From positions 1 to 64,000 of the forward strand of contig JBEUKZ010000107.1 in the NCBI GenBank assembly GCA_048128005.1: a stretch of DNA of 64,000 nt, written 5' to 3'. The position numbers and the translations under genes are program-made. How positions within the stretch are numbered: position 1 is the first letter of the stretch; the number at the start of each line of letters is the position of its first letter. Shown piece by piece: positions 32,745-48,165 of the stretch. Origin of the DNA: Veleropilina oligotropha (taxonomy: Eukaryota). The notes under the pieces were generated by a model. The model worked only from the letters and a program-made list of their open reading frames with translations, did no database searches and was not told the DNA's origin.

Positions 32745-34654
32745 TCGGTCTATCTCCTTCATAGACACTTAATTACAACCTTCGCGCGATATAATATACG
32801 CTTCGTTAACTCTAAGCCTTGACTCGATACGAGTGATATCCGCTACGGTTGCAGTATATTATCTAATACATACATACCGTGGGCTTGATATCAGAACAAT
32901 AAGACTGGGAGAGCAAGGAGCCTCATTGTTCAGGGTAATTACACAAACAATGAGATGCCCTCGAGTGGAGCCCACCTCTTGGGCTTAACAATGGACTGAA
33001 AAGGTGTGAATGGAAGAGTCCACTGTTTTGATAAACATGCGCACGGCCTGTTATCATGGGCAATTCCATTTTTAAGGGGTTACAGCTTGCCATTTACAAT
33101 TGATTTTCATGCCATGTACGACAAATATTAACCTGCCACCCAGGCCGATATCGCCCAGCGTGGCACGTTATTATTTATTACATATACTATCCAGTACATG
33201 GAGACTAACCCTACATTTTCTAATTGTATTTAGGGACATTTTTTAGTGATAATTTTTTGAAGGTCCATACATACCTACAGCCATTTAGTGGTCATCAGTA
33301 GGACTAAAGGTTACTTTGCGGCGGTAATATCCGGTCATTTTGGGGGTAATTTTTTGAATCAGCTCGATCGGATCTATCATTTGTGCATATTTATGAAGAT
33401 GTATTTGCACTTTTAAAGAATTCGCTTCATACACTGGAGTCGTGTTATAGAGTACTTTTGTTGAGCTCGTAAACAGTACCAAAATAAGCTTTTAAAAATT
33501 GACAACATATTTTTTTACATTAAGTTGATCCTACTGAACAAAATGATGCATGTTGTCAAAAATTAACATGTAATGTACACGGGACTTTATTTAGCTACAT
33601 ATGCCCGCCCCTACACTATTACTCTAAAAATGGATGTAATATGCTGGCTCTATGCCATACATACAACTGAACATGACCAGTTTCACGACGCCTGACCAAG
33701 GACTGTATTTTCAAAATGAAAGTTTTGCTATGGACGCAGACATGCTTTCTCTGATGCAGGACCTTGACCAAATATGACTGGTCAGGAAGAACAGCATTTG
33801 GTCATCCGCTTCTGGATTAGTTGATGTTTAGTGACAGCACCAGCATTTTTAGTCATGCAGTAAGTGAATTCAAAGAGAAATGAAACAAGCGACATTGTGT
33901 GCAAGTGAAGCGATGATTATGGCAAGGTCAAATCCACAACATTGAACAACGTGTTTTGTAGACCAGTCTCAAGATCAGTAACTGTTGTTGTTAACTACTC
34001 CATACAAAAAAAAAGTCCATAGCAAACGTTACTTTTTTAATGTTGTGTCTACGACATTTTCTACTGCATGTAGGTTTCCAGTACCCAGGGTCCAATGGCT
34101 GAAAACAGAAATAATGTATAGCTTTCTTTAATACTAGAGCCCTGCCTCTCGCCGAGGGCGATTCTCCAACGTCCGCCCGTAGCTTAGCGTAACGGAGGGA
34201 TTTGAATTTTAAGTATTAGATCTCCTCTTCGAATATTCATGGGGGTTTTCTATCTTGCATTTATCACCTTGTCGACATAGGTCTTGTCTGTAAAAATAAG
34301 ACTAAGTTCATCTGTAGTCTAGTTTGTCAGGGTAAAGACTTGCTCACTCAACTTCAAACTCACATCCCCTTGATACGCCCCTGTTCCTCTCAAGATATTT
34401 TTCACTTAGAATCAAGCTGCTGTCACAGGATATCCATTATGTTGTGTTAACATAATAGGCAACAGATATCATGAATGAACATTTATTTCCAGATCCCGGA
34501 ATTTTACTTACAAAAAACTTTAAATAAGTGGTCTCTGGTCTACAACAAATCTTGGCGTCTGCCATCAAACATTTATAACGCGAAAATGGAACTTGGTATA
34601 AGCCATTAGTAACAGGACACTAGTATCACATTATGATATACAAGTATATACTAT

Positions 34655-35420
34655 GACAAGAGCCCGTTAGAAAACAGAGTCATCCCCCGCCTTCCGCAAT
34701 CACTCTATAAACTTTAAACAAAATGTATATGTCCCAACACATCAAGTGTCTTCAATATTTATACAAAATAATATTCAATATCATTGCTAATGCAAAAGGT
34801 GGTATCAATAGAAGCATCACCAAAGAATATGTATGCAATAATGGAACAGAACGGAAATTCACTCAACTTTAACAAAAATGTATAAGTCCACAAACACTAA
34901 TTTCACATGTTATTTATATTATAAATCGCTTGCAGATGAGGGAGCCGCATCAATATAGCCAACACTACAGTATATGGATGTAACCCATATGCCCATTGAA
35001 AAATTTCAACAAAACTTTAACCAAAATTTCTATGTCCACAAACACCTATTTTTATGCAATAATTATATTAAATTTAATGCAGCATCACTTCCATAGTATC
35101 AGTTGACATTCATATTATCAATACCAAAGCATATATACACCAAAATGCTGTTTCAACAACCCATATACACTCAATAACCAGAAACTTTAACTAAAATTTC
35201 TATGTTAAAAAACACCTACATTTATGCAATAATTATACTAAATTTTATTCAATCTCAATTCCAGAGTACCAGGTGTCATCCTACAAAAGCATATATATGC
35301 CAAAAAGTATCATGGGCAAGCTATATACACTCAAATCAAAACTTTAACCAAATTGTTTACGGATGTACAGATGGACATGGCAACAACAATATCCCCCAAT
35401 ACCCTTCGGGTGGGGGATAA
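34655..35420 (-). mobile_element. Helentron/HINE-like non-autonomous element with internal tandem subunits
   Basis: Recurrent AAAACTTTAACCAAAATTTCTATGTCCA-like subunits; same family as 51034-51516 on the opposite strand. Confidence 0.5.
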
Positions 35421-38095
35421 AAAACTATACGATAAGAAATCACTAAGTAAACACAAAGTTAACACTGCATAAATAACATTTATTGAAATCATATGTGATC
35501 CTATATTACGGAGGTACAGAAAAAATATCATACTTTGTCAAATACATTTATTCATAAATTATTGCATAATACATATGGCATCGTAATCTTAATAAACCGG
35601 CCACTTAACAGATTCACATGAATTAGTATAAAGAATATTATATATCTGTAATCTGTAACAGATGTTAAATGTAACCCAAGAGCCATGCGACTCAACAGTA
35701 TACAGAATATTAAGACTGTTCGTCTGTGAACTGCTGAAAAACTAAAAGTGTAACTTCAGCTATGAAAGAGAACATCCATGCAGTGATCACTATGTGTACT
35801 CCAAGTCAAATCCACCAACCCATAATGCAGCAATGTGATAGCATCATTCGGTACATCGTAACATGCAGTGTATTCACTGCAACTATAATACCCTGTCTTT
35901 ACAGATCTGCATGGATAGCTTAATTCCATCACATGGTGGTGTATGTGTTGTCGCATCATAGTGCTTATCACAGGAAATAACCATATTATATTAACCTCTG
36001 TTCACCCAGCCGATTGGAGTGCGAAACGGTTTGGTGGTATGCAAGTCAGTCACACAGCGCTACCAAAATTTAACAGTTTGTATTCATATTCCAGTCATAA
36101 TGAGACTAACCGTGGGTGCACTATGGTGGAAATACTCAGATTTGTGCATATTGGATTGAAGTGCATATTTCAAGCCAGTTGAAAAGTATTTCAATGCTAT
36201 AATTCACAAAATATCAAGTGCCCACTACATACATGCAAATTTTAGTGCATACACTCTAAGGAGCACATCATTCACAACAAACAGACAGTGTAATCCAACT
36301 CAGGAAATAATTATAATATATTCAATAACAGAGGTGATATTAAACTGCTTTTCAACAATATTGTTTTTTTATAACATCATTTTTTTACCCAATGATTTTA
36401 TTTTCATAATTAGATCTACTGACCGTTAAATAAAAAGTAACAGTTGCCATTTATAAAACGCTATTAAATACAATAAAACTGAAAATAATGCAAAATGGAA
36501 ATAATGTAATGAACAAATATAAACTGAAATCATATCGAAAAACAAAACAAAATCGACAATCAACAGCCTGAAACCTGCACTCTGACAGGGCAAAAGCGAA
36601 TTTCTTACCAACATTTATGAACCATTTGCACTGATATAAATAAATTTTTCTTTGTTTTCACAATCTAACACATGCATTTCTACTTTCAAATGTGTGGCCC
36701 AGAATGCCTGTATCCCAAGAAAAGTCAAGAAATGGTGTGAAACTCGATCCACTCTTGCATTTTAACACCAAACTTTTTCACTAAAATGTATGAAGAAATT
36801 TGTCGTTTTTTCACAATCAAAGGCAAGAAGTTTTTTTTTTTCTACAGGGGGGGGGGGGGGGGGGAACCGCCTAGACAACCAGAAAATTTTGATAATTAAT
36901 GGTGTGAAACTCCCTCACATGCGTTCTGACAGAACAAACACGATGTTTCTTACCAACATCTATGAACCGTTTTCAATAAAATGTGTAAATATTCTTTCGT
37001 TTTTTGTCTCATTCAAACATATGCATTTTTGATTTTCAAAAGAGGGGTCCAGACGGACCCCCCTGTATCCGCTAGTGGGTTCTATAATGATTAAACTCTG
37101 GTGGCAACAGTTTTCAATACTAAATTGCTATCAACACTCAATATACCGATAATGGATTGGTAAACCATGCGTCCATCCATCTGGCTGTCCATTCTTGACC
37201 AAAAACCATTTTCAATCAAAATCTATGTATTCTCTTTAAACCGAGCAATCCTTATGCAACTGTGTTGTGATTTTTAGTTAAAATGTTTCTAGTCAAACCG
37301 AAAGATTTGTGAACAATTTTTCAATAAAATTACAAAAGATTAACTTCTACAATTAGAATGTCATAAACAGTTAACTGATCACTTTTATACTATAAAATAA
37401 GAATTTGAACTTAACCATATTGCTGCTTGCAACTTGGCTAATTTGTCTCATAAATCGTTAGCCAAATTACATGAAATATCAAAGCAATTTCATGAATCTA
37501 GAAACAGAAAATATTTAAAACGACTTTCAGATGTTTAATATCAACTGCATCTCCTTTTTCAATTCATAAACTTCTATCATTATTATTGCAAAATATACCC
37601 TTTTTGTTATGAATTTTGTGAACACACCTTACATTTAAGTATTTTTATACATATTGGAAAAATAATGTTTACTTTTTGGCTAAATGATAATAAAGAAAAT
37701 TAGCCAAATCTGATTTTATTTCTGATTTGGCGATTTTTGTGTATACTGCATAGTTCAATTCCACAATGAAAATTACTTTATGTAGCAGTAGTGTAAAAAG
37801 GAAATGCTAAATAATATAATTAATAATGATCGTTAGTTATGTCAATGTAAACATTTAAAATGTTAGAAAATGGTCTATAAACAAGAAACAAATGTACATA
37901 AATGTTAATGATAAATATCCACAGCACGGAAAATGGTGATACAATTGCATTAAATAAACTTGCACTGCAGTCAGCATATTTATTAAAAACACAGATTCAA
38001 AACTCAAATACTGAAAATCTATTAACAAATCAATATCATAGCTTCTATAGAAAACTAGATGTTGTTATTGTCCACAATAACACTTACAGGAATGT

Positions 38096-38363
38096 GGGAG
38101 GGAGGAATGATGCTTAATGTCCTGTATATTTACAACATCGAGGTTCAAGGCAGGACATGTCCATGTTATCGCGGAAGGAAACCCCGGTCGCCCGGGTAAA
38201 CCCGCCCTCTTCGGCCAGTCGCGGACAACTGTGATTCATAACTTGAACAAATGTCAATGCCTCAGCCAGGTATTGAACCCACTACTGTTCGCATTAGCGG
38301 AATCAAGCCAGTGAATTTAGAGTGGACACTCTTACCCACTGCGCTGCCGAAGCGGCCCTGTTT
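38096..38363 (-). mobile_element. tRNA-derived SINE
   Basis: B-box-like GGGTTCAATACC on the minus strand; 13-bp TSD CTTACAGGAATGT (38083-38095 and 38364-38376). Confidence 0.7.
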
Positions 38364-38376
38364 CTTACAGGAATGT

Positions 38377-39125
38377 CTCCCCTGCTTGACATTCCATTTT
38401 TAACAACAGGTCATGTGACCTTTACCCTCAAATGCAAGGCCATCTTAAAAATTCTATTTTTAGCAACAGGTCATGTGACCTTTGACCGATTGACCTCAAG
38501 CGCAATCCCAAGCATCCTTTCCTCATAGACAACCTGCCTGCTAAATATGACCAACATTGCTAATATGAATGGTAGTTGTCAACTGGAAAGCAAATCGCAA
38601 TAAAAATTCTATTTTTAGCAACAGGTCACGTGACCTTTAAGCGATTGACCTCAAATGCAATCCCAAAGGTCCTATCCTGATAGGCAACCTGCCTGGTAAA
38701 TATGAGCATGTTCGCTAAATATGAACAGTAGTTATCGTCCGGAAAGCAAATCGCAATCAAAAATTAAGAAAATTCTATTTTTAGCCACAGGTCATGTGAC
38801 CTTTGAACGATTGTCCTAAAATGCAATCCCAAGCATGCTCTCCTCATGAGCGAGCTGTGTGCCAAATATGGGCATGAGCACCCAATATGAACAGTAGTTA
38901 TCATCCGGAAACCAAATCGGAGCCAAAATTCGATTTTTAGTCACAGATCACATGACCTTTGACGTACCGATCTGAAAAGCGACCTCTCCGCATATGCAAC
39001 CTGTTTACCAAATATGAACAAAATCGCTGAAAGGGAAAGGTAGTTATGGTCCAGAAACCAAAGCGTGACAGACGGACAAACGGCACAAAAACAATATGTC
39101 TCCTCACAGGGTAGGGGAGACATAA
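38377..39125 (-). mobile_element. HINE-like element with internal tandem repeats
   Basis: Repeated AAAATTCTATTTTTAGCAACAGGTCATGTGACCTT units, an (ACAG/ACGG) microsatellite and a terminal stem-loop. Confidence 0.55.
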
Positions 39126-39556
39126 TAATTAGTAAATATACATTTTAATAGTAATCAAAATATATAAATTAAAATGTAAATAAAATATAATACTGCCATT
39201 TACATTTTATTATATACATGCATGTATAATTTTCTATGATACATGTAATAACAAAACTTTTAAAGGGATTCAGAAAACACAATGCTTAATTAAAGAAAAC
39301 TAATAGCGCTGTGTAGTATGATCCTTAAAATAATAAAGTTTATCAAAGGCTGTAGTCAAAACCATTCAATTATCTGATTAATCATTGAATTTGTAATTGT
39401 TTAATCATTATGACGAGTGAATAGACCAATTCTTAGCATTAGACATGTTGGCCACCTTTTCCTGCTGTCTTCTTCAGGGTCTTTTGCATGCATGCCATAT
39501 AAGAGATGGAACGTTTTTGTACAATAGATGCCAGATGAACCAGGTTACAAAGTCTG

Positions 39557-40357
<801 letters not shown>

Positions 40358-41264
40358 TCATGAAACAGATGGTTACCTTTAACCTTAACATCTGACGAGA
40401 GAACAATGAAGCTTGGTTGCAAGCTAGACATTGAGCTCAGCACTGTTATGGGAAAGAAATGTTACCTCCCTGGATTTCAAGAACAGCAGATATGGGCAAT
40501 ATTGGGGGGCTTTAGCGTATTTCCGCAATAAAGCGTAAGTGATCAAAACACTTCCTACTGGATACTCATTTAAATATCAAAGATGTTTTCTACACACCTC
40601 AATGTTTCATTGTGCAAAAAGGAGCCAAGTATTCTGAATTAGTCATTTTAAGCAATGCACCAATCCTCGGCACTCCAGGGGATTGAACTCAGGATCTTTC
40701 GTTTTTCGACCAGCACAGTATCCACTCGGCCACGTAGTTCCAAAAAAACTCTGAGCAGGAAGGGTTAAGTTGTCTTGATATTATTTCAAATATGCTGATT
40801 ACATACCTGGTCCAAATATCCTGCAGACTGATATCTGCTGCATCAGATATCTTATTTTCACTCCTGAAATATGTATAAGAAAGTAATAATCTTGACATAT
40901 AATAATGAGAAATCGAAGGAGCTAATGAAAACACAGACAGAGCTAAAAATAGTAAATTATTGAGTTTCATGAATTAGACACAGAATAATGGTATTGCTCA
41001 TTGCCTCAAAGTCAAGTAATTGATCTAAGAACATATTGGCTTCCTTTATTTTTTATGAGATTTTGTAAATGGCTACCATGGCAGTCATCCTAAATATAGA
41101 ACAAGTGCAGCAACCAACAACAGAGATGAAACCGCTCTTGATCAAAATCGGTTCTCGATCAACCATGCCCACCTTATACAACTGTGTTGTGATTTTTGAT
41201 GAACACAATGAACTATTCGAAATAATATTGCCTTTGAAGTTGAACCCTTATTTGTTTCACATAC

Positions 41265-41356
41265 CATTCAGGGTCCACTTTCAGTCGTTTGAATGCCGAG
41301 TGTAGACCTTTGTCAGTCTCCTCATGATCATTACTTTCCCGTCCCATTTTTGTCAT
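41265..41356 (-). CDS. OSER1: OSER1 first coding exon
   Basis: MTKMGRESNDHEETDKGLHSAFKRLKVDPE matches the OSER1 N-terminal LQTAFKKLRVD motif. GT donor at 41264; phase joins the last exon to give 290 aa. Confidence 0.9.
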
Positions 41357-42898
41357 TCTTATTTTGTCTCTCTTGGATAAGGACTACATAGTACTTCTGT
41401 AATGATAAAAAGTACAGCTATATTTGGCAAAAATCGCAATGTAACATACATTCAGCTTAAACGCAACAATCTTAAAGATGAAGGAAATGATCATATGGCA
41501 TCATATTCGCAGACGCCGTCTGACGGCACTGGGCCCTGATTGTGTCATCGCGTTTTCATCGGTCACTGAATCAGCTTAGGCTAACAATTTTTCTGTAGTA
41601 CTTAACAATGTCGGAGTTAGTGATGTTTAGCAGTTTAGTTATTACTAAAATGCTGTGGCTGAACATTTCTAGGAGATAACTTTATATAAGGATATCTTGT
41701 TGTTAAATCCTCAACGTGTATTTGTAAATAACATGTATTATGAATGACAAGGTAAGAAACAAAATAAATATTGTTTAAACCAACATTTCTATGTTTCTTG
41801 TCACAACACTATTGGCATTGTTTTTAAAAATGAACGGTATTACTATACATTATTGAGAAATTTAACATCATATTCAATAATTGATAGGCCTAGACTCATA
41901 ATTATTTAATTTTATTTGTGATTTATTTTATTTTCAATTAAAGCAAAAATTAACAAATAACTATGTTCCGTCTGTTGTCATAGTTTTGTAATCAATGCAC
42001 ATTTAGACATAGCTCCCACTCAATTACCTCATTACAAATGAAAGGCTAACCTTGAGCAGATGACTCGGATGAGTAATAATCTGGCAAAAATAAGATCAGG
42101 CATCAAAATAATCACACACCATAAGTTGCAGAATAGTAAATTACTCCGTTTCATTAACATTTACGTATAGCATACCGTTCGAAAACATATACACGGTCTT
42201 GTACATTAGCCAGCTGAAACATTTACGAATTATTCTACCGATAACTTAGTGTAAATGCCTCTTGGATCAGCTTTGTCATCACATAAACACAAATCCGCCA
42301 TTACAATAATGACGTCATTGCTCTTCACCCTTGAAGGTTTTATTGACATTTGTAATGGGTGCCGCACATCACATAATTTGGGCAACATGGGAATTACTAA
42401 TGATAGTGTACCGTTTACTAGTTCAGGGGAGATAATATGGACGAAGAACCAATCTATTTATCGCTAAAGGATGATCAACATTCCTAATAGAGGGAGGTAA
42501 CTTCTGTTATCAAATATCACAAACATGGAAGAGAAACAGTTTCTGTTCGATGACTAATTAGTGAAGTTATATTTAGGTGTTAATCATAATAGTTATTCAA
42601 CATAAATAGATTATGATATTAATTATTATGGATTGACAATATCAGATAGTATTTGCCAATGTATTTTGTTTACATAGCAACAATATGTACATGTTTTCGA
42701 GTCATTACTCTCAATGTTCAGATGTTGTCCCGTGTGATAAACAGAGACATGATCATTCTGACATGCTACTCCAACAACGTTAGAGCCTACTAGTTCCTGA
42801 GTAGGGTATGAAAGGCACGTCAACCCGGTCTTATATGTTATAGAAGTAGAGACATGCATGCTTCAAATTAATATGCAACAAATGCTACCTAGGGATAC

Positions 42899-43832
42899 CA
42901 GTCAACTCATCCACCTGGTCAACTCACCCAGGTCAACTCATCCACCTCAACCCGGTCAACTCATCCACTAAGCAAGTTTTTGCACAGTCAACTCATCCAT
43001 CCATTTTAATATATCGTAAATTATTTTAGTTAATAAATATATGCTCTCAGATTTAAAATGTTTTGTATAATTGCTGGTAAACATATGTCACTGAATTAGG
43101 ATGAAAAATATAAAGCCATCAGAGTTTTCAAGAAGTAGATTGCCTACCGGGATTTTACGTTGCATATGGCTTTTATTGTATATTTTATTGTACGTTACAT
43201 TGGTAAAATGTTTTATTGTATATTTTATATTATTTATTGTAAAATGCAACATTGTAAATATTGATTAAACTTTTATCTGTATGGTTCCAATGGCCATTTT
43301 CTATTTATATATTTAGATTCAATAAAACAGCATATTATACGTTTCACTGAGGAGTGTGTTCATTAAAACATTCCAATTTTAACTGCAATACAAATAAGTA
43401 AAACATGGTGACACAGGCTTTTAACTTTTAAACAGCATGATTATTAATCAGACCGCTGGTTTTGTGTATAATGGTTAGGATAAGATAGCTTTAATCCTGG
43501 GTAGTGGCTATGCTGAGTAGTGGCTATGCTGAGTCGCTCAACTAGGTGTTGACAAGTCATTTATATTTATGTTGTGGATGAATTCATATTTAATTATAAC
43601 GAATGTACACTGATTGAACTTGCTAATCGATCTCTACTTGCTGAAACGATCTTATATATAGGCCTATTATAAATAACTCAACTATCCTATGTTATATATA
43701 TGTTTACTAGCTAGCGATAGTGTAATGATTATATTAAATATGTTTATATAACAAATATATAAGTAAATCAACGCATATATTGTAAAAACTCAACAGTCAA
43801 CTCATCCACCAACCGACAGTCAACTCATCCAG
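42899..43832. repeat. MITE-like element with clustered GTCAACTCATCCA motifs
   Basis: About five copies at 42899-42999 and two at 43797-43832. Confidence 0.5.
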
Positions 43833-45706
43833 TGTTTTTGGCTGTTTCCCCTACCTAGTGACTAGTGACGAGCAAGAAGATTATGTATAAATATAATGTA
43901 CGTTGATGAAATATAGCAATGAAATCAAACGTCTTTATTGATTACGCTTACAAATGTTCGCAACTAAAGAACAATTATGCGCGAAATCGACCGTGGAAAA
44001 GAATGACCAGCTAATCTCTCATGGGTTGAATATTGCATGACCTGTGACAAAGCCAAGACCCGACCTCTCAGTAATACGAGGTACGGCAAAGTCTGCTTCA
44101 AAACGCGTGATGTCATGTTGTGTAAATCGATCGTGGCAAGATTGGATTGACGAAAATGGCGCCGTCCATAATGACAGATTATGATGCAGTGCGCATAACC
44201 GGGAAAATAATTATATTTCCAGGTGGTAACAACGGCTTTTAATTCATAGTATGTTGTGTAGTTATCTGCCCTCAAATCCATTCTTCTTTCTTTCCCGTAT
44301 ACAGGTTAGTGTGGAAGCTCGCACTGCGTGTTCGCTATTACTTAAGTTATCCTAACTTAATACTGAAATGCTGAGGTTTCGTTGAATTTCCGTTTTGTCA
44401 AAAAGTCGACGAAACGATCTAACCCTCCATCGGAACATGCAGACGATTCGTCGAATATTTAACGTTATCCTTGGGCGGCGAGTTTGATACGTACATTTAT
44501 GCTGTGAGCTTTGAAAGATATTATCATAGCTAACAGGATAAATGTACGCATCAAACGAGATGCCACAGAGTAGCATTTTTATTTTCATTTCATGTAAAAA
44601 AATCTTACTTTATATGCTTGTCAATGCTGAACTATCAGCAGATAACTAAGCAATGAATAACGTCACGTAAAATGCACCATTCGGGTTATTCTAAGCGCAA
44701 AATAACCTGGATATTTGAGAAGCTGTGGAATAGTTTAGTCATATAATACATTCATTTTATATGATTGAATCTCAAATGAATATTTTAATATATATGATTA
44801 TATCGACAGAAGCAAAATGACGTCTAGCAGACAACGCGCAGTTTAATACAAAAACGTCGAGTTTGACATGAGTAATTGTCAAAGTCCACGTGACATCACT
44901 TTGATCAATCAGATGTCGCGAATTTCACGAAATGAAAATAATAAATTTTATGTATCTAGTATGCGATGTAGAATTATTGTAAAAGAGTAAATCAGTGATG
45001 CTGCTATTATGTTTATTTGGGAATACATGTATTAGACAAAAATTATATACGTAAATACGTTAAACTTGCATTATTAATAAAAGTTTAAAAAAGAAATGCA
45101 TCTTACTGTCAGAATATACAATTGTGGAAATAGGATATTAAAAATGGACAGTCCACAAGTTTACCTGTCTTCTATCAATAGTTTTAATCATTCCTTTTAA
45201 AAAAAATGTCATATCAAATACATAGATACATCAGGGTTAATATATATACTCAAAGAGCCCAAACCAAGTTGCTAATTTGATAAATGTAGTTTTGTATGAC
45301 TAAGATGAATGGATTGTAACATAACTGTATTATTTTATTTATTTAATGAGACGGACATTCGACGAAATGTCGGCTGTAAAATTTGACGAGACATCCGTTA
45401 AAAGTCCAAAAAGTCTCCTGACTTTTTTACCAGAAGAGTATCTGTACACTAATTAGCTGATCATCTTGCTATATGTTACAATATCCTGGTTGAAAATGAA
45501 TTAAGATGATATGTTGTGATTTCAATCGATTAGTTTTACAACTATAATATTTTATCATATATATTGTAGTCTGGATCCCCCATTTTAATGTCTCGAACCA
45601 ATCAGACTGATGCTCTACCAGTACGTATCACACAGTATGGAATACAAACAACCTGATTATGTAATGTTCTGACACTCCAAACACTCGATCTGGTCTCTGC
45701 CCACCT

Positions 45707-46240
45707 TATTAAACCATGCCTGTCCATTAGAAAAACTCACGAACCCTTATCAGATTTACTTCAAATTACAAACAAGACAGGTTTAACCCTTGGCTCTGTC
45801 CTCCTCGAACAAGACCCGGATTATCCCGATAGGAATCTGGATCCGAATGTTTTGACGCAATTTCCGATTTTCGGCCTTAACGTTAAAATACTTCGCCATA
45901 CAAAGTTCAAGTTAAGCTCATAATGTTCTTGGCATCATATGACAACGATATAAAGAATTATCAAGCTTCTTCATTAAACATTATGGCTGCCAAAGGGGGG
46001 ACAAAAATGATTTTTCCCACATTAAATCTAATAAAAGGTTCGTGAGTTATACTAATGGACAGGCATGGTTTAATAATGATTATTAAACCATGCCTGTCCA
46101 TTAGTATAACTCACGAACCTTTTATTAGATTTACTCCAAATTACAATACAAGACAGGTTTAACCCTTGGCGCGATCCTCCTCGAAGAAGACTGGGATAGG
46201 AATCTGGATCCGGATGTTATGACACAATTTCTGGTTTAGG
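45707..46240. repeat. TIR element followed by a partial copy, creating a perfect 55-bp-arm palindrome
   Basis: 45707-45860 is repeated at 46080-46230; 46023-46077 is the exact reverse complement of 46079-46133. Confidence 0.85.
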
Positions 46241-46948
46241 TTTAACCCTTGTTATGATTGTAACTCACTATCCTCTTCCTTGTCCCCGGGGTGAGGGATT
46301 GCAATCTCCTCTTATTGCCCTTGTTTAAATTGCCTTCATGAAAACGTTAGATAAACATCGATCAAAACGTTAGATAAACATCGATCAAAACGTTAGATAA
46401 ACATCGATCAAAACCAAGCTAATGCTAGTATATGAAGGATCTTCATTTTATCTTAACCGACAAGCTCGCTAAATGCATGATTTCACTGTCTGGTTTGAAA
46501 CAATCCATTTATTAAAAATTAAATGACATACTTTTATGGCTGTGTTACTAGTGACTAGGATTAATGCTTAGATTTGCCATACACCAAGGGATGAAAGAGT
46601 TCTTGAAACGGTTGGTCTTGATCATTGGAAGCTGAAATTGGTTTTGTTTCTGTAATGCGTATCTGGAAGGTTCTTTTTGACATAAAAGGTGGTTCAGTTT
46701 GTGTCCTGGCTGTTGCATATTTTTAAAATATGACACGTAACGAAAGACGACGTTCACTCAACGTTGGTAATTTACACGTTGCTAGTGCCTCCCTGTAGCA
46801 TTGGTCAGGGTAGATGCACCGCATTCATCTTCAAGTTCAAGAATTTACTTGGGAATGAAGTGACTTGGCAGAGATTGTGCATATCATATATGTACTTGTA
46901 GCTGCTGAAGCATTATACATAGTGACATTTACCTTTACAGAGTGCACC

Positions 46949-47089
46949 ATGGGTAGTCTTGCGGAGAAGAAGTTGATTCTGCAACAAGTCTTCCAGAAGT
47001 ATGACACCACGATGAAAGGGGAGCTAACTCCACATCAGCTCCAGAACTTGCACGGAGAAATACGGCTTGGCGGAATTAGTATACCGCAG
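46949..47089 (+). CDS. EF-hand plus charged coiled-coil (trichohyalin-like) host gene, coding exon 1
   Basis: MGSLAEKKLILQQVFQKYDTTMKGELTPHQL contains an EF-hand-like loop. AG acceptor at 46940, GT donor at 47090. Confidence 0.82.
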
Positions 47090-47388
47090 GTACATCATTG
47101 ATATAAATATTATTTATTGATGAAATTTAACAACATAATAATTTATAAACATTTTTATTAAATCAGTATTAATTACAATGTCAAACAGATATTACAAGGA
47201 TCATATAACACTGCCTATCACTATTTAAGACTCCCTTGATGAATACAAGAGATGAAGAGATATCAGTGAGTAATTCACAAGTTAGAACTTTATGATCAAC
47301 GTTTCCTGTAAAAGTATCTTATTTTGTTATTACTGTTTAATGGTTATTGTGTCCGTGGACAATAGTTTGAGATACTGGTACATGTACT

Positions 47389-47760
47389 ATGCATTTGTCC
47401 CCATGCACTTGTCCCCATGCATTTGTCCCTATGCATTTGTCCCCATGCACTTGTCCCCATGCATTTGTCCCCATGCACTTGTCCTCATGCACTTGTCCCC
47501 ATACACTTGTCCCCATGCACTTGTCCCCATGCACTTGTCCCCATGCACTTGTCCCCATGCATTTGTCCCCATGCACTTGTCCCCATGCATTTGTCCCCAT
47601 GCACTTGTCCACATGCACTTGTCCCCATGCACTTGTCCCCATGCACCTGTCCCCATGCACTTGTCCCCATGCACTTGTCCCCATGCACTTGTCCACATGC
47701 ACTTGTCCCCATGCACTTGTCCACATGCACTTGTCCCCATGCACTTGTCCCCATGCACTT
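47389..47760. repeat. 14-bp minisatellite (ATGCACTTGTCCCC)n, intronic
   Basis: Direct tandem copies. Confidence 0.97.
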
Positions 47761-47865
47761 AACAGGTATTATCTAATTTTCTTTCCGTGGGTGTGCTGGA
47801 GTATTTTTCTAATTTACCTTTATTTTCATCCTTTGATGATTATGAGATGTTGCATGTATTTTCAG

Positions 47866-48035
47866 GTCAATGCTTCCATAGCTTATGCATGTGCAACGGA
47901 TGCATGCTTTCCAGAAGAATTGTACGACGTTCTACAAGAGATGGACCGACGATTTTTCCTTGTTCAAGATTTTCGCTGGGAATTCTCTCTTCTAGACAGG
48001 GAACAAAAGGACACAATCTCTGAGGAGCAGGCTAG
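47866..48035 (+). CDS. EF-hand/coiled-coil gene, exon 2
   Basis: VNASIAY...WEFSLLDREQKDTISEEQAR; AG/GT borders; phase compatible with neighbours. Confidence 0.85.
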
Positions 48036-48165
48036 GTAATTGATGTACATATGAATGTGAACGTAGAAAGATAGCGTCTTATTTAAATATTGGGTTTGCT
48101 AATTTTTGCTGATTAGGACATTCTTTTGTAGTTGACCTTGTCTTTTTTCAATAAAATGAACGTAA

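Noticed and set aside
47292..47776. Cys/His/Pro-rich ORFs on both strands
   Set aside because: Translations of the 14-bp minisatellite. Only 47866-48035 is a real exon.
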